From Lama glama (lineage: Eukaryota), in NCBI GenBank assembly GCA_028534125.1, contig CM052820.1, forward strand, positions 50,964,001 through 51,028,000: a stretch of 64,000 nt of DNA, written 5' to 3'. The position numbers and the translations under genes are program-made. Under the pieces are notes generated by a model, which was not told the origin of the DNA, searched no databases, and saw only the letters and a list, made by a program, of their open reading frames with translations. Positions 37,041 to 50,895 of the stretch are shown here, one piece after another (positions within the stretch are counted from its first letter, which is position 1; every line of letters begins with the position of its first letter).

Positions 37041-39579
37041 ATCTATAAGTTGTAAGGAAGAGTCTGTTCAACCCAGGGCCCAGACTTCAGTGGGAATGCT
37101 TCCCGGAGCCAGAAAATTTAGGTATGGTTTTGAAGGAAAAAGTGAAAAGGATTCAAGTAGATGAGGCAGGAGGGAAATACAGAGCCAAGAACAGCACTCA
37201 GGGGATGCAGATGTAAGAGGATGCATTAGAGAATGCTCATATTATAGTTTGTAGATTCATAACATCTGATAGCTGGACTGAACTTATTCATCACCCCATC
37301 TATTTGCTGAATGAATAAATGGATGAAAGGAATAAATGAACAGGATACAAAAAAGACCAGATTCCAGTAGAAGGGTCATAGACATAATCAAAAGATGAAG
37401 TTCAATCAGAATATGGAAATCAGCAGACAGCAGGGCTTTCAGTGTCCTGGAGGGTTCAAATTTGAATCCAGAAGTGTTAGGGAGCCACACCAGATTCTTA
37501 AGCAGTGGAGTGAAATTGAAAATTCTCCTTGAGAGAGATTGCCCTGGCAGTTTTCACAGGAGAGAGCAGAATAGGAATGCCAGCAAGACACAGTCTCAAA
37601 GGTCGCTGACAGCCTGCTCAGGCCCCAGCAAAGGAGGGCTGACTAAATACATCTTTACCAGGGATTTGCCCTGGGCCCTCCCAGACGATAGCACCCCAAT
37701 AATTTATCCTACCTTTTTCTCTCACCTTCCCACCCCCTACCTCAGCCCCGACAATACTTGTTAGCTCAAAAAGGACTGTCAGAAAGAAGGGACATGCTCC
37801 TGCATATGGCTGAGAGCCTGATCTCCGGAGAATTGTTTTCATCTAAGAAATGAGTTACAGCTCATTCCCAGGGTGAGCACAGCAGCAACAACGTGACAGC
37901 CATTTGCATAATTTCTCTTGTGTAACAGGCTTCAAAATAACAATAGGCCAACTAGATAGAATCTATTAATTTTAAATTCGCTTGAGCTGCTAGCTTTGAT
38001 GGAGCTAACGACTAAAGCACCGTAAAGATTTCAAATCCACAAATTATGTAGTGTATCATCTGTTCCCTCCAAGGAGACATCTGGAGGAATTTATGTTACT
38101 AGAATCAACAACTGATTCTGGGATGTCCACTTCTTGGATGCACTGATAAGGTTGGAAGGTAGCTTGCTTAGAAAGTTCATCTAAGAGTGGCAGAAAAAAA
38201 TAGTATCAAAAATAGTATAATGGTATTAAGGTAATAACAATGATGTAATAAAAGGTATCAAGAATAAGATACACACATCAAGTCAGCAATGGCTCAAGAA
38301 CCCAGAAGCAAAGGAATGTCACAGGTGACTTTTGCAGGTGCTGGTATCACTACATGGTCTCCAACACTACAACAGGGACTGTGCCTGCCAGGTCCACCAT
38401 TAAGTGTCCCAGGCTTAACACAGGGCTTGGTATGTGGCTCTAATGTTGAAAGAATTGACTGACTGGATGAATGAATAAATAAATGGAGAATGAATGTGAT
38501 TTCTTTACATAACAAAGGCAATTAAGATACCTAAAAATTTATGAAAAGATTTATTTCTCAAAATAGCTAGAATCAGCAAAAATTTCAACAGATTCATTCC
38601 TCAGCATGCATGTCCACGTGTACACACAAGTGCACACGTATATGGCAAGTAAAAACACCTTCGGAAGGTAAGGACTTCAAAAAAAAAAGACTTTAGTTTT
38701 TTAATTCTTTACACAGCAGAAACATTTCACAACTAGCAAAGCATTTTGTAAAACTTTAAAATGAATTACCAGAAGTTAACCTTTCTGTCTCCTCCATCCA
38801 CTTATAGACTGCCAGGCACTGCATTTGGTGGCTGAAAAATTGCAAAGGAAGGAAAAAACAGCTAATTTTTGGGTTCCTTTCCCTCGATAATTTTTCCAAA
38901 GAATATCCCCATTATGTTTTACCCTAAATAGATGCATTTCTGGCAGGACCAAAATAATCCATTTTCTGCTCTATTTTAATATCTACATTTTCATTTCATG
39001 GATCTTATCCCTCAATTCCAAATGACATTTGAAGTTAAGTGAGAACTTAACCAAAGTCATCAGCTGGTACTTTTTTCAAAAGACAGATCTTTGTGGTAAA
39101 AGAAGAAAGGATCTCTGGATATTAAGTCTGTCGGTGCCATTGAAACACAGGGCAAACAATGTATTCAATTTGAGATTTTTTAAATTTGGGTGGTCTGGAG
39201 TTCACCTGTTTTATAGCACACAAACATACACAAACCAGGCACATACAGAGCTCACCTGTGTCTGAAAGGACATGAGAGAAAGACTGAGGACTGTGGTTTT
39301 GATATGCGTCATGTTCCCAGGGTGCTGTTCCTACACTTCTATACTTCTGTCCATGTAAAGGACCATCTTCCTTCATCTTGAATGCTGGGGGATGTACTAC
39401 GATGTTGCCAGACTACTGCCCCAGTCATACTTTGGATAACATCATGTTGAAATCCTTTGGTACTCGTATTTTTTTCATTAATCCTTCTAACGCACCCTCT
39501 GATCAAAGCACAGTTGGATCCAGTCTGTCAGTACTTAGTGTCCCGTGGTGTGACAGATCTTGGTGAAGCAGACCCCTTG

Positions 39580-39843
39580 TGGGTCGGGGGAGGGATAAAT
39601 TAGGAATTTGGGATTAACATATACACACTACTATATATAAAATAGATAAACAACAAGAACCTACTATATAGCACAGGGAGCTATAGTCAATACCTTGTAA
39701 TAACCTATAATGGAAAAGAATCTGAAAAAATATATATATATGCATATGTGTGATTGAATTCCTATGTTGTACCCCTGAACATAATACAACATTATAAATT
39801 AACTATACTTCAATAAAAAGAAATAAAAATTTAAAAAAATAAA
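39580..39843 (+). mobile_element. L1 3'UTR fragment
   Basis: GGGAGGGATAAATTAGGAATTTGGGATTAAC...AACTATACTTCAATAAAAA plus A-rich tail. Confidence 0.85.
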
Positions 39844-39910
39844 GGATACCTCTTGTGTTCAGGAATGTTACAGAAAAGCTGCCGTGGGGCCCAAGACAGA
39901 GCTAATCCAG

Positions 39911-40281
39911 CCCAGGGGGTGTGTCCCCAACTGGACTGCACATTGGGATCACCTGGGGAGAGTTTTAAAAACTGGTTCCTGGGTCCCACCCTTAGAGATG
40001 CTGATTAGTCTGGAGCATGGCTCTGAGCATCAGCAGTTTTCAAAAGTCCCAGATGAGTCTAATGTGGCGCAAAATTGAAAATCATTGCTGTTGAGAATCA
40101 TTGGTTTTCAAACTTTAGGGGGTGTCAGAATCCCCTGGAGTGCTTGGAAAACGGATTGCTAGGCCCCAAACCCAGAGTCTCAGACATTAGTTGCAAAGAA
40201 GAGCCCCAGAATGTGCATTTCTAACAAGTCCCCAGGTGATGTGGCTGCCCCTGGCCAGGGACCACACTTGGAGAAGTGCTG
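39911..40281. mobile_element. Two adjacent MER5-family MITEs
   Basis: CTGCACATTGGGATCACCTGGGGAG... (39911-40087) and TCAGAATCCCCTGGAG...TGCATTTCTAACAAGTCCCCAGGTGAT (40099-40281). Confidence 0.78.
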
Positions 40282-42197
40282 TTCCCAGGGGTGGGGGGGA
40301 TCGGGTGAGGAGGTGAGCTGAAGGGATGAGAAAGGAGGGAATGTTCCAGGCAGAACAAAGAGCCTGAGAGGAGAGCGCCCAGGGGCAAACACACATTCCA
40401 GGGACTGAAAGATCTGTTATTGGCCCAGACTTTAGGAAACAAAGAGAGGGTCATGCAGCTGGAAGCTGAGAGGTAGGTGGGCACACACCCTGTTCCTGCC
40501 ATCCCTGGTTTTGCCTGAGGAGAAAATTACCCCAGGAGGCAAAAGAGTTTGCAGTTTTTCACAGGGACCAGCCCCAGCAGTTGTATAATCAACAGCCCCC
40601 TTAAGTCTCAGGTTATTACAAATCCAGGCTAGCGTATCATTAAAAAGTATTAATACCCTCTGCAGTATAACATTCCATAGCTTTCATGACACTCTCAAGA
40701 ATGTTATCTCATTCAATTCTTACATAAGTTCTGGAAGGCGAGAAGGGCTGGCACGCCTGTCTCCTTTTGCTGATTCCTTTTGCTGACAAGGGAAAAAGGA
40801 AACCAATGGTGGGGCCAGGTCTCAAACCCGAGCATTCCAGCCTCCAGGTCTGGTGATCCTCTACAGTTCATGACCCTTCAACTTTTAGCCCTACCCCCAA
40901 ATGGAAAAGCCCAGTGCCCTAGGAAAGTTGTTCTCAAAGTGCTAAGAGAAAAAAAAAAGAGAAGTTAAGGAAAAACCAGCTCTCCACAGAGATTAGGTAA
41001 CACATACACCTGCTCATAGCCTTTGTATGTGTGTCAGCATAGAATATTCCACAGGGCCCTGGTATGTTTGGACAACTATTAGACTCTCCAGAAATACAGT
41101 CAACTGTAAAGTTGATTTGAAAGAGAACTAAGGTGTTTGTCATTACATTCTAGATGACTTTATTAGGCCCTGGTCCTGAAATTTGAGTAGCTGCCACAAG
41201 GGATCTGTAATGTTTAAGTACGTTCTACTGTAAGCCAAAAAGCTGGGATTTCCTGAACTATGGATAACTGAGAGATTGCATGAAGCAATTCAGAGATTTA
41301 TTGTTTTATCGCTTTTTTCCCTGTCCAAATTAATACTCTTTAGCAAAGATTGACTCCTACTTTAACTTTTGCAACCTTCTTAAATTCAAGAATGTGTTAT
41401 TTCCTTTTCTCTGATTATAAAGTAGTACACGTTTGTAGGCAAGATACTGGAAAAAACAAGGACATAAGCAAAAATAAAATCACCCATAATCTTGCTCCCA
41501 AGACTAATCACTATCAATGTGTTAGTATTCTTCCTTCAGACATTTTTTTAAATGTGCATATGTTTACCAATGTTGACCATCTACTGTTTGACATTTGATT
41601 TTTTAAAAATATTACACTTGTAGGTTTCTACATCATTTAATCATAATAGTGATTCTTAAAGGGGGATATGCCCACTATCAGGGTATCAGAATCACCTGGG
41701 AAGGCTCTTTTCAAATCACAATTTCTTTCCCAAGCTCCATCCCAGCCAACCCCACCCTCAAATTAAGACTGTTCAGATGAGTAAGATCATCACATGCCTC
41801 TCCTATGAGAACCTACATATGTTACTGACCTGTTCTCTTTCCATTATGTGGCTCTGCCAAAACTTGGTTAACCAATCTCCTGTGAACATTTTGTTGTTTC
41901 CAATTTTTCCATTTTTAAGGACTATTATAATCAACATCTTCACATTCTTGGACAAATCCTTGTCTAAGAACCTGATGATTTCAAGCTGAAGTCCAGGACA
42001 TAGAATTGCTGGACCAAAGGATTTGAATATTTCTAAGATTTATGCATAGCTTTGGGGGAAAGATGTGGCATAGACTAGAGAATGATCAAGATAAATAGAA
42101 ACATTTAAATATATTAAGAATATTTCTCATACTGAATGAGTGATTTTCAATCACTGGTTCTTCTAAGGAAAAGGCAACCATAGACTTACTCTTTCTT

Positions 42198-42514
42198 TTT
42201 TGTTGGGGGGAGGGAGGAGTAATTAGGTTTGTTTGTTTGTTTGTTTGTTTGTTTAAATGGAGGTACTGGGCACAGGAAAGTATACACAAGATCTTATGGT
42301 AACTCACAGAAAAAAATGTGACAATGAATATACATATATTCATGTATAACTGAAAAATTGTGCTCTACACTGGAATTTGACACAACATTGTAAAATGATT
42401 ATAAATCAATAAAAAGTGTTTAAAAAAATTTTTTAAAACGGAGGTACTGGGGATTGAACCCAGGACCTCAGGCATGCTAAGCACACACTCAGCCACTGAG
42501 TTATACCCTCCCCC
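42198..42514 (-). mobile_element. tRNA-derived SINE (vic-1-like) interrupted by an L1 3' fragment
   Basis: SINE head at 42436-42514 and tail at 42198-42270; same family as the copies at 2.2 and 23.9 kb. Confidence 0.85.
42271..42435 (+). mobile_element. 5'-truncated L1 3' end nested in the SINE
   Basis: ...GTATAACTGA...CACAACATTGTAAA...AATAAAAA; 16-bp TSD AAA(T/C)GGAGGTACTGGG at 42255-70 and 42436-51. Confidence 0.85.
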
Positions 42515-44793
42515 TGCCTCTTTCTTACTTAGGTGCCAGAACACTCTAGATTTCATGCAGCTCCCGGGGAAGCTCTCACATCTACCTCCACTATGACTTC
42601 AGAGATACTTTGGCATCTGAAATCTTAAGTACCTGCTTATGCATTTTCTGGAAGACCCATTAGTTAGCCTCCTTATATTCTCTCCGAAGTACCTCTGGCA
42701 CTCTGTAACCGCCTGTCTGGTCCCTTCACTGGGAAACCTTCAGTTTCCTGTCCTTTTAAAGTCAGAATGGAAAGGCTAAGCATGATGATACGCATGTCTG
42801 CACACCCACAGCCCCACACTTATTTTTTTCAATCAGGAAATGTTTCCTTGGCAACCATCTATGTCACTGCCTCAACTCCTCTGCTAAGTAAGTCCCTGAT
42901 ATTGGTAAAGAGCAAGACTCTTTCTCGGGAGCTGGAGTGCTCTGTTTTACTGCTTCCCCACCCCCACCCCTCAGAGTATTTCTCCTTGTGGGCAGGAACA
43001 GGCTGCTGATCTCCCATTGTCTAGCAATAGTTCACAAAACATGTTTGCTAAATGAATAGATGAGATTTATCGACCTCCCTTTGGTATGTAAGACTTGTGA
43101 AATTCATAAGCACTTTGAATATTTAAAAACAAACTTGACCCACACAAAACAGTTGCAAACAGCCATATGGTGGTTTCCTCACAGGAGTTGGGAAGAATGA
43201 AAATATCCTAGTTCTTCTAATTTGATCTGAACTGAATCAGCAATGCACCCATTTGAAGTAACTTGTAGGAACCCATAGAATAGATGTGCTATTTCCCCAA
43301 CCAGATTACAAACTGGGAGCTGTTCTTACCACAGTTGCTGAGTATGACTGGGGAAGTCGTATGCTGCCCAAAGTCAGCCAGCCAAGGAGACGAGCGGGGG
43401 CTGCAATCTAGCCCAGGCTCTGCTCACTGACACATGGGCCCTGGCATAGGGCCTTATCTACCCAGAAAAAAGGGAACTTTTTCTAATGGTCACAAAGGCG
43501 CACACTCACCAAGTTGTACAGCATTTTGTAACTCACACAAAAGCACCAGATGGGTTCTTACTTTTATTTGTGTTCCTCATGTAGCAAAGTCCTTAAATGC
43601 GGCAAGCGCGCCATCAATATACATCAACTAAACTGTGTATGTTGTTAATTGGTAATTAATTGATGGTTTTATTAAGACTACTCTGAGGTTGGATGAAAGT
43701 CCTAATAGAGTTATGGTTCACTCATTTGGGATCAAATATCATTTTAGCAATTGAAAAAAATTCAGAAAACATGTCCTAATAGGAAAAAAGAAGCCTCAGA
43801 GAGTCGTGTAGATTACTGGACTCTTAGAATAGCACTCTTAGGGCAAGTCAGATATAAATTAAATTCTCCACTAATCTAGACTCTAAAAAGCCCCTCTGGT
43901 AAAACCCTTAGTCCCCAGCTAAGCATGATAACTGAGCAGCTTTGCAATTTTATTGGGACTTTGAATTCCAACTGGGTCATTATATTGCATGAATGATTTT
44001 TTCATAACATCAAGATATTCTCCTAACTTTCAAAATGAACTCTGATAGAAAAGAAATAAATCAAACTTTTATAAGATCTAATAGACATCAGTGTTCATTC
44101 CTTGGCAGGAGTGCTAATTCTTTTTTGGAAAAAAGATTAATCACCAAAGCAACTTAGTATAAAATGGAAGCTCCTCATTTATATTAAATTCATATTACTT
44201 GACACTTCTATCAGCTCTAAAGGGGTTATTTTCTATATTGAATTATTTATATTCTCTTGTAATCCGATATCTGATAAACTTTTAAACATTTATACATCCA
44301 CCTAATTCAAAGATGGTAAGTGAACGAATGCTGAAAATGCAAATCTGCCTGTCAGAACTCAGAGTGCTACAGAATTTGTGTCTGTTTATCTGCTTGCCTA
44401 CATCCCTGCTCACACACCTATATATGATCATGCTGCAGAGTAGGCACCTGATCATCGTTAAGTGAATGATGAATATATGTAATAAATAGTGTGACGTAAG
44501 ATGGCAAGTCAGATAATGTCCACAATAGTAGAGAAAGTAATATATTACCAAGTTACTTCAGCACTCTATGAATTTTAATGCAACCTATCTTGTTTGTTAT
44601 TGCCATTTCTGTAGAAAAGTCCTGACAGTGTTGGATTTCTCCTATAGTACTAAGATTCTTATAATACAAGCATATGTTAATTTGGTTTTAGCCATAAGGA
44701 TTCCTAATTGAGATATAAGCTATTAAAAGAGAATTAAATTTGCTCCTTTAAAGTATCAAGAGGATAATTTATGTATTGCTTAACCATTCCACC

Positions 44794-45263
44794 TGTATTA
44801 GTTGCCTATTACTGTTGTAAATTAGCACAAATCTAGTAGCTTAAAATAACATAAATTATTACCCTACAGTTCTAGCAATCAGAAGTCTGAAATAGGTGTT
44901 ACTGGGCTAAATTCAATGTGATGGCAGGGCTGTGTTTCTTCTCGAGGCTCTGTGGTAGCAGAGACTGTTTCCTTGTCTTCTCCAGCTTCTAGAGGCCACC
45001 TGCATTCCTCAGCTTGTGGTCCCTTCTCATCCTCAAAGCCAGCAGTATAACATCTTCAAATCTCTCTCTGACTCTGACCCCTGACAGTCCTACCTCCCTC
45101 TTTCCTTAAAAGGGTCTTGTGTTGACATGGGGCCTACCCAGATAATCCAAGGTAACATTCCTATCTCAAGATCCCTAATTTAATCAATCTGCAAAGTCTC
45201 TTTTGCCCCATTCTGGGGATTAGGACATGGACATCTTTGGGGAGCATTATTATGTCTTCCACC
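44794..45263 (-). mobile_element. MaLR MLT1C/D-like LTR
   Basis: TGTATTAGTTGCCTATT...CAGTTCTAGCAATCAGAAGTCTGAAAT...GGATTAGGACATGGACATCTTTGG. Confidence 0.85.
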
Positions 45264-45304
45264 CATTCTAAAATTGTGGTTGGCATTTAGCATCGAGCAG
45301 TGCC

Positions 45305-45535
45305 CAGTGAATAAAACACATTTTGGGAGTGAAGGAGACCAGTGTTTGAATCCTGGCTTTGGCCACTTACTAGTTGCATGGCCTTGGCCACTACACTCAA
45401 AATCTCTGAGCTTCAGATTTTTTCACTTGTAAAATGGGGCCACAGTGCCTACTTCATTCTGTTGTTACAAGGATTAAGGAGAAAACAAACATAAAGCATC
45501 TGGCTCCCAACCCACAGTAGGTGTTGAATAAATGT
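45305..45535 (+). mobile_element. MIR
   Basis: TTTGAATCCTGGCTTTGGCCACTTACTAGTTG...CTCTGAGCTTCAG...TGTAAAATGGGG. Further MIR pieces near 4.2, 13.3, 31.0, 31.3, 35.45, 54.8, 55.3 and 59.1 kb. Confidence 0.8.
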
Positions 45536-46434
45536 GAGTTGATTCCTCTCACCTACATGTTGAAAGGGCACAGCAGCATTAAAGCCAGCTGCATGCTGAC
45601 TTGTATTATATTGACATGAGGTCAATTACTATTAAATTCAATGTAGAGAGGATTTCTCTGACCTGGAAAGGTAAGGAAGAACAGTCAATTATGGGCTTTC
45701 TTTGTTAGCCAGCACTATTAAATATCAGCAGGGCTGCTTGCAAACCTGCACTATTCAGTAGCTTAAAAAATGTCAACCTGATTTAAGACCATGGAAAGGA
45801 TTTCTCTTTATCTCTGATCCTCAGTTACCTTCTAGGTAAGATACTTATAGCCAGGAGTTACCAACTCATGTTTGAAACCTACAGAAAATGATACATTTTG
45901 GTGAAATTCATATCAGAGGGCAATTCATATTAAAGGGCAAGTTTCCAAATAATTTTTATTATACTTTCTAAATTTAGAGCTTACAGATGCATAATACATG
46001 TTGCGTTGACAAAACTGATGGAAGAAAAGAATGCAATAACTATTCAAATGTCATAAATTGGGATGTCATGGACATAGCATTACATTTGGAAATAGATGAT
46101 TGCAATTATCAGGAGACCCATGTCCAAGTCCTGCCTATACCACTCCCTGCTGTGTGACCTCCAGTGTTTCACATTACCTCTCTTCTGGTCCTTATCGATA
46201 AACTCACAGGGTTACTACATAGATTTACTAAGATTTTGAATGTGAAACCACTACCTGAGTATAGGATATTGTTATTCTTTATTCATTCAACAAATACTTA
46301 TTCTTTACACTGTGGTAGACACTAAAACAAAAAGAGTAAAAAAATGATTAAGACTCTGTTGCCTACCCTCCAGGCTCTCTCAAGCTAATGGGGAAAGGGT
46401 CAAAAACATGTAGTTTTTATACAATTTCCCCTCT

Positions 46435-46997
46435 TTTTAATGTTTATTTTTTCTTTGAAATATAATTTACTTAGAGTGAAATGCTCAGATCTCACATGCA
46501 CTGTTCAATCTGATTTTGTCAAGTACATATCAAGAGACAAAACATTTCTACCACCCCAGAAAGTTCCCTTGTGCCCATTCCCAGCCAGTCTCCACCCCTT
46601 TCTTAAGTAACAGTTGATCAGATTTCTATCTTCATAGGTTAGTTTTGCCAGTTCCAAAATTTCATAGAAATGAAATCATACAGTATGGGCTTTTTTCTGT
46701 TAGGCTTCCTTCATTCAGCATGTTTTTTTGTATTGACCCATGTTGTTGCCTTTACCAGTAGTTCTTTTATTGTTTGTTGGTTGGTAGTTTGGTTGCTTTG
46801 TGTCCTTTGTTGAGTACAATTCCTTTTCTAGATAAATCACAGCTTATCCACTCTCCTGTTGATGGTCATGTGGGTTGTTTCCAGTTTGGGACCAATATGA
46901 ACAGAGCTGCTATGAACAGTCTTGTGCAAAGCTTTCTTATGGACATATGTGCTTCTTTCTCCTGGTCAAATACCTAGGAGTAGAACTGATGGGTCCT
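46435..46997 (-). mobile_element. Old L1M 3' end
   Basis: TTTGAAATATAATTTAC...AACATTTCTACCACCCCAGAAAGTTCCCTTGTGCC...GGTTGTTTCCAGTTTGGG...ATACCTAGGAGTAGAA. Confidence 0.8.
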
Positions 46998-48460
46998 AGG
47001 ATTTCCTTTCATTTTGAATTTAAATTTTATGCTCTTTTCTATAAGCTTAAAGTACTTTAGAATTTAACATAATTTTAATTTTTAAAAATTATTTTAAAAA
47101 ACTATTTTGTAATTATTGGAGCAAATTCTAGTTGTGATAGAAATAACCCTAAGAACTTATTTTTTAAAACCATTACAGGTAAAATACCCTTTTCAAAGAT
47201 AAAAAGAGATGACTGGAGCTGGGGGAGGGGGAGTGGAATCTATACAGCTAAATCTTTTGGAGGAAGCTGTAGCAGTTTCTAGGGGGGGAAAAAAAACACA
47301 TTGTTGGCCTGGTTACCAGAGGCAGCAGGTGAGGAACTCCCCTGTTCAAAGGGCTTTCTCTGGCCTTTCCATTCATAACTATTCTCCATTGTGCAAGATG
47401 GAGTCCCCGATGTTGAGTTTTTATTCAATGTCTACCTTGTCTGTCTTGCTCCCTTTATAACCCCATTGCCTAATACAGTGTCTGGTGCATGAGAGGAGCT
47501 CAGTAAAATTTTGATGAATAAATGAAGGAATGCATGGTGGGCTGAGCAAAATGAGGAGCTGACACTAAATAGCACCCAAACTGCTCTATCATCTTTTATC
47601 CAGAAATCAAGTAGCAACCATCCCTTCAACTGTCAAATTACTTCTCCTGAGCAGAAGTAGAGATACGAGAATCACCACTGTGGCTCTTTTCAAGTCACGT
47701 ATGCCCACCCTACTCTTCCCCGCCACCCCCAGGTTCTAATCGCTCTTCCGAGAGGGCGTGGCCGCCTGGTTGAGGATAACTGCAGCGATAAACCCTTGCC
47801 TTCCAGGGGCGCGTGTTCTGCCCCTCAGATTCAGAAACTTTGCTCTACATTCATCCATTCCGTGGTTGTAGAGTGTGAATGAGGGGCGCAGACAGCAGGG
47901 GGAGCCAGTGAGAGGAGCACTGTTGTGCTGGTGTCTTGACGCACAGCAATGGTTCCCCCCATTTCCAGATAGACTCATTTTCCAAATTTCACACATTTTT
48001 CACTCTACCTCCTACCAGAACTGACACTGTACTTTCACTATCTGGTATTGGAGAAACATATTCACAAACTAATATGAGCTTAGTAACACTTTCAAATGCA
48101 TTTCTGTTTTATTCTTTACAGACACTAGAACATGGGCTGTGTCTGTTTTATTTCACTTACAACCCGTTCTGAAGGGACTCATGGATCTGTTGTCTCTTTG
48201 AGGCACTGCTGTAGCCCGGGATCTGAGGTCTAAAGGTGGGGGGGTGCAGGAGTGGGACACTCCAAGAGAAAAAGAGAACTCTGCACTAGAGAAAGAGTCC
48301 ACATAGAGCAGCCTTCATAAGCACAGGAGCAGCTCTGTGGAGTTAAGTGTTCCATACTGGGTCTCAAAGCAAGGAAGGCCTTGCTGCTACTGCAAAGGCA
48401 TGTATAGGCTCTGAATACACCAAGCCTGGTCCTTTGCACACACAAAGGCACAAAGCAAAA

Positions 48461-50895
48461 CTAAATTCTACAGCAATCTGTAGACTCAGCGTAATCCCTA
48501 TCAAATTACAAATGGCATTTTTAAAATAGAACTGGGACAAAAAATGTTTAAATCTGTATGGAAATACAAAAGACCCCAAATAGTCAAAACAGTCTTGAGA
48601 AAGAACAGAGCTGGGGGAATCGTGCTCCCTGGCTTCAGGTTATACTACAAAACTACAGTAAGGTAGTAGCACAAAACAGACACACAGACCAATGGAACAG
48701 GCTAGAAAGCCCAGAAATAAACCCATGCAGTTATGGCCAATTAATCTATAACAAAAAAGGAAGGAATATACAATAGAGAAAAGATAGTCTCTTCAATAAG
48801 TCGTGCTAGAAAAACTGGACAGCTACATGTAAAAGAATGAAACATTCTCTAACACCATATACAAAAATAAACTCAAAATGGATTAAAGACCTAAATGTAA
48901 GACTGGATACTATTAGGCTCCTAGAGGAAAACAAAGGCAGAACACTCCTTGACAGAAATCACAGCAGTTTTTTTTTTTTGAATCCCTCTCCTAGAGTAAT
49001 GGAAACTAGAGCAAAAATAAATAAATGGGATCTAATTAAACTTAAAAGCTTTTACACAGCAAAGGAAACCATAAACAAAATGAAAAGGCAACCTATGGAC
49101 AGAAAGAAAATATTTGCAAACAATGTGACTGACAAGGGATTAATTTCCAAAGTATATAATCATACAGCTTAATATATAAAAAAAAATACAAAAAAAGCCA
49201 ATCAAAAAATGNNNNNNNNNNNNNNNNNNNNNNNNNNNNNNNNNNNNNNNNNNNNNNNNNNNNNNNNNNNNNNNNNNNNNNNNNNNNNNNNNNNNNNNNN
49301 NNNNNNNNNNNNNNNNNNNNNNNNNNNNNNNNNNNNNNNNAGTCAGAATGACCATCATTAAAAAGTCTACAAATAATAAATGCCGGAGAGGGTATGGAGA
49401 AAAGGGAAGCCTCCTACATTGTTAGTGGGAATGTTCATTGGTGCAGCAACTATGGAAAACAATATGGAGGTTCCTTTAAAAACTGAAAATAGAATTACCA
49501 TATGATCCAGCAATCTCACTCCTGGGCATATATATGGAGAAAACTCTAGCTCAAAAAGACATATATACTCCAATGTTCATAGCAACACTATTAATAATAG
49601 CCAAGACATGGAAGCAACCTAAATGTTCATCGACANNNNNNNNNNNNNNNNNNNNNNNNNNNNNNNNNNNNNNNNNNNNNNNNNNNNNNNNNNNNNNNNN
49701 NNNNNNNNNNNNNNNNNNNNNNNNNNNNNNNNNNNNNNNNNNNNNNNNNNNNNNNNNNNNNNNNNNNNNNNNNNNNNNNNNNTGAATGGACCTAGAGATT
49801 ATTATACTAAGTGAAGTAAGTCAGACAGAGTAAGACAAATACCACATGATATCTCTTATGTGTGGAATCTAAAAAATGATACAAAAGAACTTATTNNNNN
49901 NNNNNNNNNNNNNNNNNNNNNNNNNNNNNNNNNNNNNNNNNNNNNNNNNNNNNNNNNNNNNNNNNNNNNNNNNNNNNNNNNNNNNNNNNNNNNNNNNNNN
50001 NNNNNNNNNNNNNNNNNNNNNNNNNNNNNNNNNNNNNNNNNNNNNNNNNNNNNNNNNNNNNNNNNNNNNNNNNNNNNNNNNNNNNNNNNNNNNNNNNNNN
50101 NNNNNNNNNNNNNNNNNNNNNNNNNNNNNNNNNNNNNNNNNNNNNNNNNNNNNNNNNNNNNNNNNNNNNNNNNNNNNNNNNNNNNNNNNNNNNNNNNNNN
50201 NNNNNNNNNNNNNNNNNNNNNNNNNNNNNNNNNNNNNNNNNNNNNNNNNNNNNNNNNNNNNNNNNNNNNNNNNNNNNNNNNNNNNNNNNNNNNNNNNNNN
50301 NNNNNNNNNNNNNNNNNNNNNNNNNNNNNNNNNNNNNNNNNNNNNNNNNNNNNNNNNNNNNNNNNNNNNNNNNNNNNNNNNNNNNNNNNNNNNNNTGTGT
50401 GTGTGTGTGTATACACATACATACACAATGGAATATTACTCAGCCATAAAAAAGAATGAAATAATACCATTTACAGCTACATGAATGGACCTAGAGATTA
50501 TTATACTAAGTGAAGTAAGTCAGACAGAGTAAGACAAATACCACATGATATCTCTTATGTGTGGAATCTAAAAAATGATACAAAAGAACTTATTTACAAA
50601 ACAGAAATAGACTCACAGACACAGAAAACAAACTAATGGCTCCCAAAAGGGAAAGGAAGGGGAGGGATAAATTTGGAATTGGAGATTAATGGGTATACAT
50701 GACTATGTATAAAAATAGATAAACAAGAAGGACATACCATAGAGCATAGGGAACTATATTCAATATCTTGTAATAACCTATAATAGAAAAGAATCTAAAA
50801 AGAATATATATATATATATGATTGAACACTTTGCTGTACACCTGAAACATTGTAAATCAACTATACTTGGACAAAAAATTAAAATTAATAAAATT
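48461..50895 (+). mobile_element. 5'-truncated L1 (degenerate ORF2 C-terminus plus 3'UTR), spanning three N gaps
   Basis: ORF2-like peptides ([34 protein letters not shown]) broken by stops and frameshifts; TSD ACAAAGCAAAA at 48450-60 and 50896-906. Confidence 0.92.
49212..50395. other. Assembly gaps
   Basis: N runs at 49212-49340, 49636-49782 and 49896-50395 (exactly 500 N). Confidence 0.99.

Noticed and set aside
48558-49172. L1 ORF2-like peptides as a possible active or domesticated gene
   Set aside because: 5'-truncated and fragmented by stops and frameshifts.
49140-50484. Long ORFs of up to 204 aa in the ORF track
   Set aside because: Artefacts of translating through N gaps inside an L1.
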